Source: Thalia democratica (Eukaryota). From it: a stretch of 64,000 nucleotides of DNA. The position numbers and the translations under genes are program-made. The stretch spans positions 23,188,001-23,252,000 of the forward strand of contig OZ241828.1 in the NCBI GenBank assembly GCA_965202585.1. Reading direction: 5' to 3'. The notes below the pieces were generated by a model. The model saw nothing but the letters and a program-made list of their open reading frames with translations, had not been told where the DNA came from and did no database searches. Shown here one piece after another: positions 62,601-64,000 of this stretch. Positions within the stretch are counted from its first letter, which is position 1, and each line of letters opens with the position of its first letter.

Positions 62601-63955
62601 ACCGGAATGTTATTTTTTTATATACAGCTGACTAAATCAGTTTGATAAGCAAGCATTAAAGAACTCTTGAAGTTTCAAAATAAAAGCAAGCTTATTTTAT
62701 TCGGTCATGTAAACTTATCATTACGAAAAATAAGCAAAACCAAATTTTATAAGACTTCAAACAAAACTATTTTAACAACGTTTACATTTTGTTTATTTTA
62801 ACTTTATGAAACTTTTTTAAAGCAGTTATGTGGTTTTTATACATTTTCTTGTTCTTTTAAGTGAAGTAAAAGAACATAGATGGTAGTTTATGAAGTTATA
62901 TTATATATTTATATATTTTTATATATTTGACTTTTAAATAAGCATTCTTAGCATATTAAGGTCGACGTAACTTCCAGCTGTTCTACTTAGATAAAAGTTT
63001 TACCGAAAGGTTACAAAACTGCAAACTCCAATATTAAATGTACAGTATTTTACCACGTATATATCACACGTTTGCCAATTGTTTGATCAGAAATTAAACC
63101 AGCGTGAAAATCGTTTTTATTGAAAACTTCGACAACTTGCTATTCTATACACGCTTAGTAAAACAAACTATTTTACCATACAACAAAAAGTTAAACTAGA
63201 CTTTTATTTAAACTTACATATATAATAGAATAAAAACTTTAGATTTTATGAAAGCTTTTATTCTTTTTTTTTAAGAGTAATCATAATAAAAACAAGAACT
63301 TTAAAGTGTAAAGTATAAGCAACGATCGACAATGGCTACCCACCTTTATACTTATTTCGAGGTATTTTATCCAAGGCAATCTAACCAAGTATAATGTTTT
63401 AGATATCTTTGGCTTATTTTATTGAAAACTTCGACAACTTGCTATTATATACACACTTAGTAAAACAAACTATTTTACCATAAAAAAAAAAGTAAAACTA
63501 GACTTTTATTTAAACTTACGTATAGAATAGAAACTTTAGATTTTATGAAAGCCTTTATTATTATTTTTTAAGTGCGATCATATTAAAAAAAGAACTTTAA
63601 AGTTTAAAGTATAAGCAACGATCGACAATGGCTACCTACCTTCATACTTATTTCGAGGTATTTTATCCAAGGCAATCTAACCAAGTAAGGTGTTTTAGAT
63701 ATTCTTAGTTTTTTTATTAAACTACTTACAACTAAATATTTCAAATGTTATCATTTTTCAAACCTGGCACGATGTTTCTGATGACTCTGAACTTCTGGTC
63801 TTTCTTCTTCGCCTGTTCAATTATGACGTCACCGCCTTCCACCATTACGTCATAGTCGTCGATGTAACCGATGTGGGGAGAGTTCCAAGTCAGGTAGAGT
63901 TCCATCGATTCCTGCAGGTACTTTTCTATCTGCAGCGTCGGTGGAGTTTGGGGCG
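38457..63955 (-). CDS. Gene B (3' part; 5' end beyond right edge): FN3-FN3-ZP type I membrane protein, with a uromodulin-like/UMODL1-like C-terminal architecture
   Basis: Twelve firm exons: 63764-63955, 58292-58470, 55678-55852, 53145-53242, 53034-53079, 51992-52215, 47041-47212, 46422-46564, 45945-46035, 43309-43453, 42225-42376, 38457-38600. Two candidate microexons are added. ZP motifs present: DPSC, LTSC, NYTNVL, NVMC, IHP FFARMRLF, RCWATP, VFKF, WLHCSLQVC, CFCS RNRR, EHP VISAGPI, then a TM helix. Confidence 0.9.
39330..42257. repeat. Degenerate tandem duplication, two units of ~1.4-1.5 kb
   Basis: Shared anchors offset ~1410-1430 nt: aaaactgtcaat, gcatactagctt, aaaccatg, gaatgttgtaa, gtttgtctaaggt, aaatgctgacacaggtatcaaaa. 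Boundaries are approximate. Confidence 0.85.
40714..40748 (-). pseudogene. Exon echo: 3' end of the TM exon plus donor (KSDIMVSYDND|GT vs KSDIMASFDND|GT)
   Basis: Aligns to 42223-42257 and forms the edge of a ~1.4-1.5 kb tandem duplication. Confidence 0.8.
42225..42376 (-). CDS. Gene B exon: transmembrane helix (IIIAAIIVLLFVIIFSTIVIV) and basic stop-transfer (KLGWRMRRTK)
   Basis: CAG acceptor, GTTTGT donor, phase 1-0. A 21-residue hydrophobic run is followed by basic residues. Confidence 0.9.
43309..43453 (-). CDS. Gene B exon: last Cys, furin site RNRR and EHP (YCPDDQVDARNRRSAQDPDSHVISAGPIKK...)
   Basis: TTTTTCAG acceptor, GTTTGT donor, phase 0-1. The CFCS followed by EHP is typical of ZP precursors. 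Confidence 0.9.
45134..45186 (-). pseudogene. Exon echo: 3' 17 codons of the ZP-C exon plus GT (VWLHCSLQVFLHEDCEP vs VWLHCSLQVCFHKDCEP)
   Basis: Gap-free alignment to 45943-45995, with 7 synonymous and 3 non-synonymous codon changes. Confidence 0.85.
45834..45890 (-). pseudogene. Exon echo: younger copy of the same 17 ZP-C codons, with a TGG>TGA stop and a GTGAGT donor
   Basis: 48/51 nt identical to 45945-45995, offset 105 nt. Confidence 0.9.
45899..45940. repeat. (TA)n-type microsatellite between the ZP-C donor and its echo; a second tract at ~45806-45830 follows the echo donor
   Basis: Direct reading of alternating TA runs interrupted by TG/CA. Confidence 0.85.
45945..46035 (-). CDS. Gene B exon: ZP-C end (WEGPVFKFVDDEKVWLHCSLQVCFHKDCEP)
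   Basis: GCAG acceptor, GTAAGT donor, phase 2-0. 'F.F....VYLHC.L.VC' motif. The ORF track shows this region in the wrong frame. Confidence 0.92.
46422..46564 (-). CDS. Gene B exon: ZP-C (VVKRCWATPQEDP...YPIIEDRCP...DNGAGHHVR)
   Basis: CTGCAG acceptor, AG|GTTGGG donor, phase 0-2. 'CWATP..DP...Y.II..GCP' motif. Confidence 0.92.
47041..47212 (-). CDS. Gene B exon: ZP linker/IHP and ZP-C start (YSVTTFEKKGYGEFFARMRLFKSG...TIYVQVDL...TKI)
   Basis: CAG acceptor, GTGAGT donor, phase 2-0. 'G.F...M.LF' IHP and 'IYV.V' motifs. Confidence 0.9.
48915..49305. repeat. Degenerate duplicate pair, offset ~320 nt
   Basis: tggta.aacaatgaaaaa...taaagatcaaaccaaaa.tgata occurs at ~48921 and ~49245. Confidence 0.65.
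51909..51960 (-). pseudogene. Exon echo: perfect 52-nt copy of the ZP-N exon 3' end plus GT
   Basis: Identical to 51990-52041, offset 81 nt. Its donor reads GTTGGT. Confidence 0.95.
51992..52215 (-). CDS. Gene B exon: ZP-N second half (VNDTHVNYTNVL...FKMNVMCIYKTDYNV...PAFI)
   Basis: CAG acceptor, GTAAGT donor, phase 0-2. ZP 'N.TH..Y.N.L...F.C.Y' motif. Confidence 0.9.
53034..53079 (-). CDS. Gene B 46-nt exon: ZP-N (YHIGPALTSCNTAYT)
   Basis: TTTTTAG acceptor, GTGAGT donor, phase 2-0. It exactly bridges the flanking phases; the upstream intron is only 65 nt. Confidence 0.85.
53145..53242 (-). CDS. Gene B exon: ZP-N (VMYEKFEKKFGPLYFGDGDDPSCYGTEFKTYFR)
   Basis: CAG acceptor, AG|GTATGA donor, phase 0-2. 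ZP-N 'L.....D.SC.G' motif. Confidence 0.85.
53770..54420. repeat. Degenerate duplicate pair, offset ~590 nt
   Basis: ttatttccatgtaattt ... attttcaatcgttt-like sequence occurs at ~53778 and ~54369. Confidence 0.55.
54844..54857 (-). CDS. Candidate 14-nt microexon of gene B ((G)LAIK), phase 1-0
   Basis: GTCAG|GGTTGGCCATCAAG|GTGCGT. It was chosen because it closes the phase gap and gives 'PDGLAIKVMYEK', which resembles a ZP-N first strand. This is inference only. Confidence 0.3.
55380..55415 (-). CDS. Candidate 36-nt exon of gene B (phase 1-1: (A)PKPIDHGVAPD)
   Basis: GC-rich island bounded by CTTTTACAG and G|GTAGTT. It is in frame after the preceding exon but does not by itself close the phase gap. 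Confidence 0.5.
55678..55852 (-). CDS. Gene B exon: second FN3 C-terminal half (VEYSKPEDNG...LSDLEEGAEYLLSVTSYSNGVRS...VFTKQ)
   Basis: TAG acceptor, G|GTGAGA donor, phase 0-1. FN3 'L.DL..G.EY.V.V.S.S.G..S' motif. Confidence 0.88.
55951..56006 (-). pseudogene. Exon echo 1 of the FN3 exon 5' end with an intact AG (VEYFKPEDKGASIVLKVN, then stop)
   Basis: Gap-free 18-codon alignment to 55799-55852, with 7 synonymous and 3 non-synonymous codon changes. Offset 152 nt. Confidence 0.9.
56120..56167 (-). pseudogene. Exon echo 2 of the FN3 exon 5' end (VE*SKSED-GPSIVLK; stop, +1 and -1 indels)
   Basis: Aligns to codons 1-16 of exon 55678-55852 with 7 synonymous changes. The acceptor is degraded. Confidence 0.8.
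56342..56383 (-). pseudogene. Exon echo 3 of the FN3 exon 5' end with an intact CAG (VEYSKPEDNSPFI)
   Basis: 13-codon alignment with 5 synonymous and 2 non-synonymous changes. Confidence 0.85.
58292..58470 (-). CDS. Gene B exon: FN3 end and next FN3 start (GTTYEFAVWSVSN...PPSSVREVLKSANFIDLKWDKPMGEVDFYQ)
   Basis: TTTTCACAG acceptor, CAG|GTGAAA donor, phase 1-0. FN3 'PGT.Y.F.V' and 'I.L.W..P.G.VD.Y' motifs. Confidence 0.88.
58587..58645 (-). pseudogene. Exon echo of the FN3 exon 58292-58470 5' end, with a strong acceptor and two stops (GTL**FAVRGVSNFTKSNN)
   Basis: Gap-free alignment to GTTYEFAVWSVSNYTRSNN. Acceptor reads T10-ATCAG; offset 172 nt. Confidence 0.85.
61960..63125. repeat. Older dispersed duplicate pair (~61960-62030 vs ~63045-63125)
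   Basis: Both copies share tacgtatat..cacacgttt and aaaccagc.tgaaa..c..tttatt. Confidence 0.6.
63115..63703. repeat. Recent tandem duplication, two ~302-nt units in a gene B intron
   Basis: 63115-63416 vs 63417-63703 share long identical runs (ttttattgaaaacttcgacaacttgctatt; aagtataagcaacgatcgacaatggctacc; cttatttcgaggtattttatccaaggcaatctaaccaagta). Confidence 0.95.
63764..63955 (-). CDS. Gene B exon: FN3 N-terminal part (APQTPPTLQ...LYLTWNSPHIGYIDDYDV...IRNIVPG)
   Basis: TTTCCAG acceptor, GTTTGA donor, phase 1-1. FN3 'L.W..P...I..Y.V' motif. Confidence 0.88.
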
Positions 63956-64000
63956 CTGGAAAGATAACTTTTATTTATAAAATTATTTAATATAATTAAA

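Noticed and set aside
1-64000. tRNA, rRNA, CRISPR array, intact transposon or prokaryotic system
   Set aside because: None seen. The repeats are degenerate tandem duplicates without constant repeat-unique spacer structure or clear terminal inverted repeats.

Overview
Very AT-rich eukaryotic (animal) genomic DNA. Small GC-rich exons sit in multi-kb introns. A tunicate origin is my inference from the TGACGTCA-laden exons and frequent GTT donors; it is not proven. I assembled two spliced genes on the minus strand by hand with GT-AG boundaries. Gene A (ATG at 20487, 6 coding exons to 1198, continuing past the left edge) has fully consistent intron phases and encodes signal peptide - NIDO - Sushi/CCP - possible SEA-like start. 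Gene B enters from the right edge and stops at 38457. It encodes FN3 - FN3 - ZP module - furin site RNRR - EHP - transmembrane helix - cytoplasmic tail, with one unresolved phase gap at the FN3/ZP junction. The most unusual signal is a recurrent set of partial exon copies ('exon-edge echoes'). Copies of exon 5' ends lie just upstream, mostly with the acceptor; copies of exon 3' ends lie just downstream, with the donor. They range from 0% to about 25% diverged, and the older ones differ from the real exon mostly at synonymous positions. Other notable signals are TGACGTCA concentrated in coding exons, a three-X-box (RFX-like) cluster, a palindrome-rich GC island, and an orphan exon-like segment between the genes. 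Most ORF-track entries are AT-rich noise or intron read-through of real exons.
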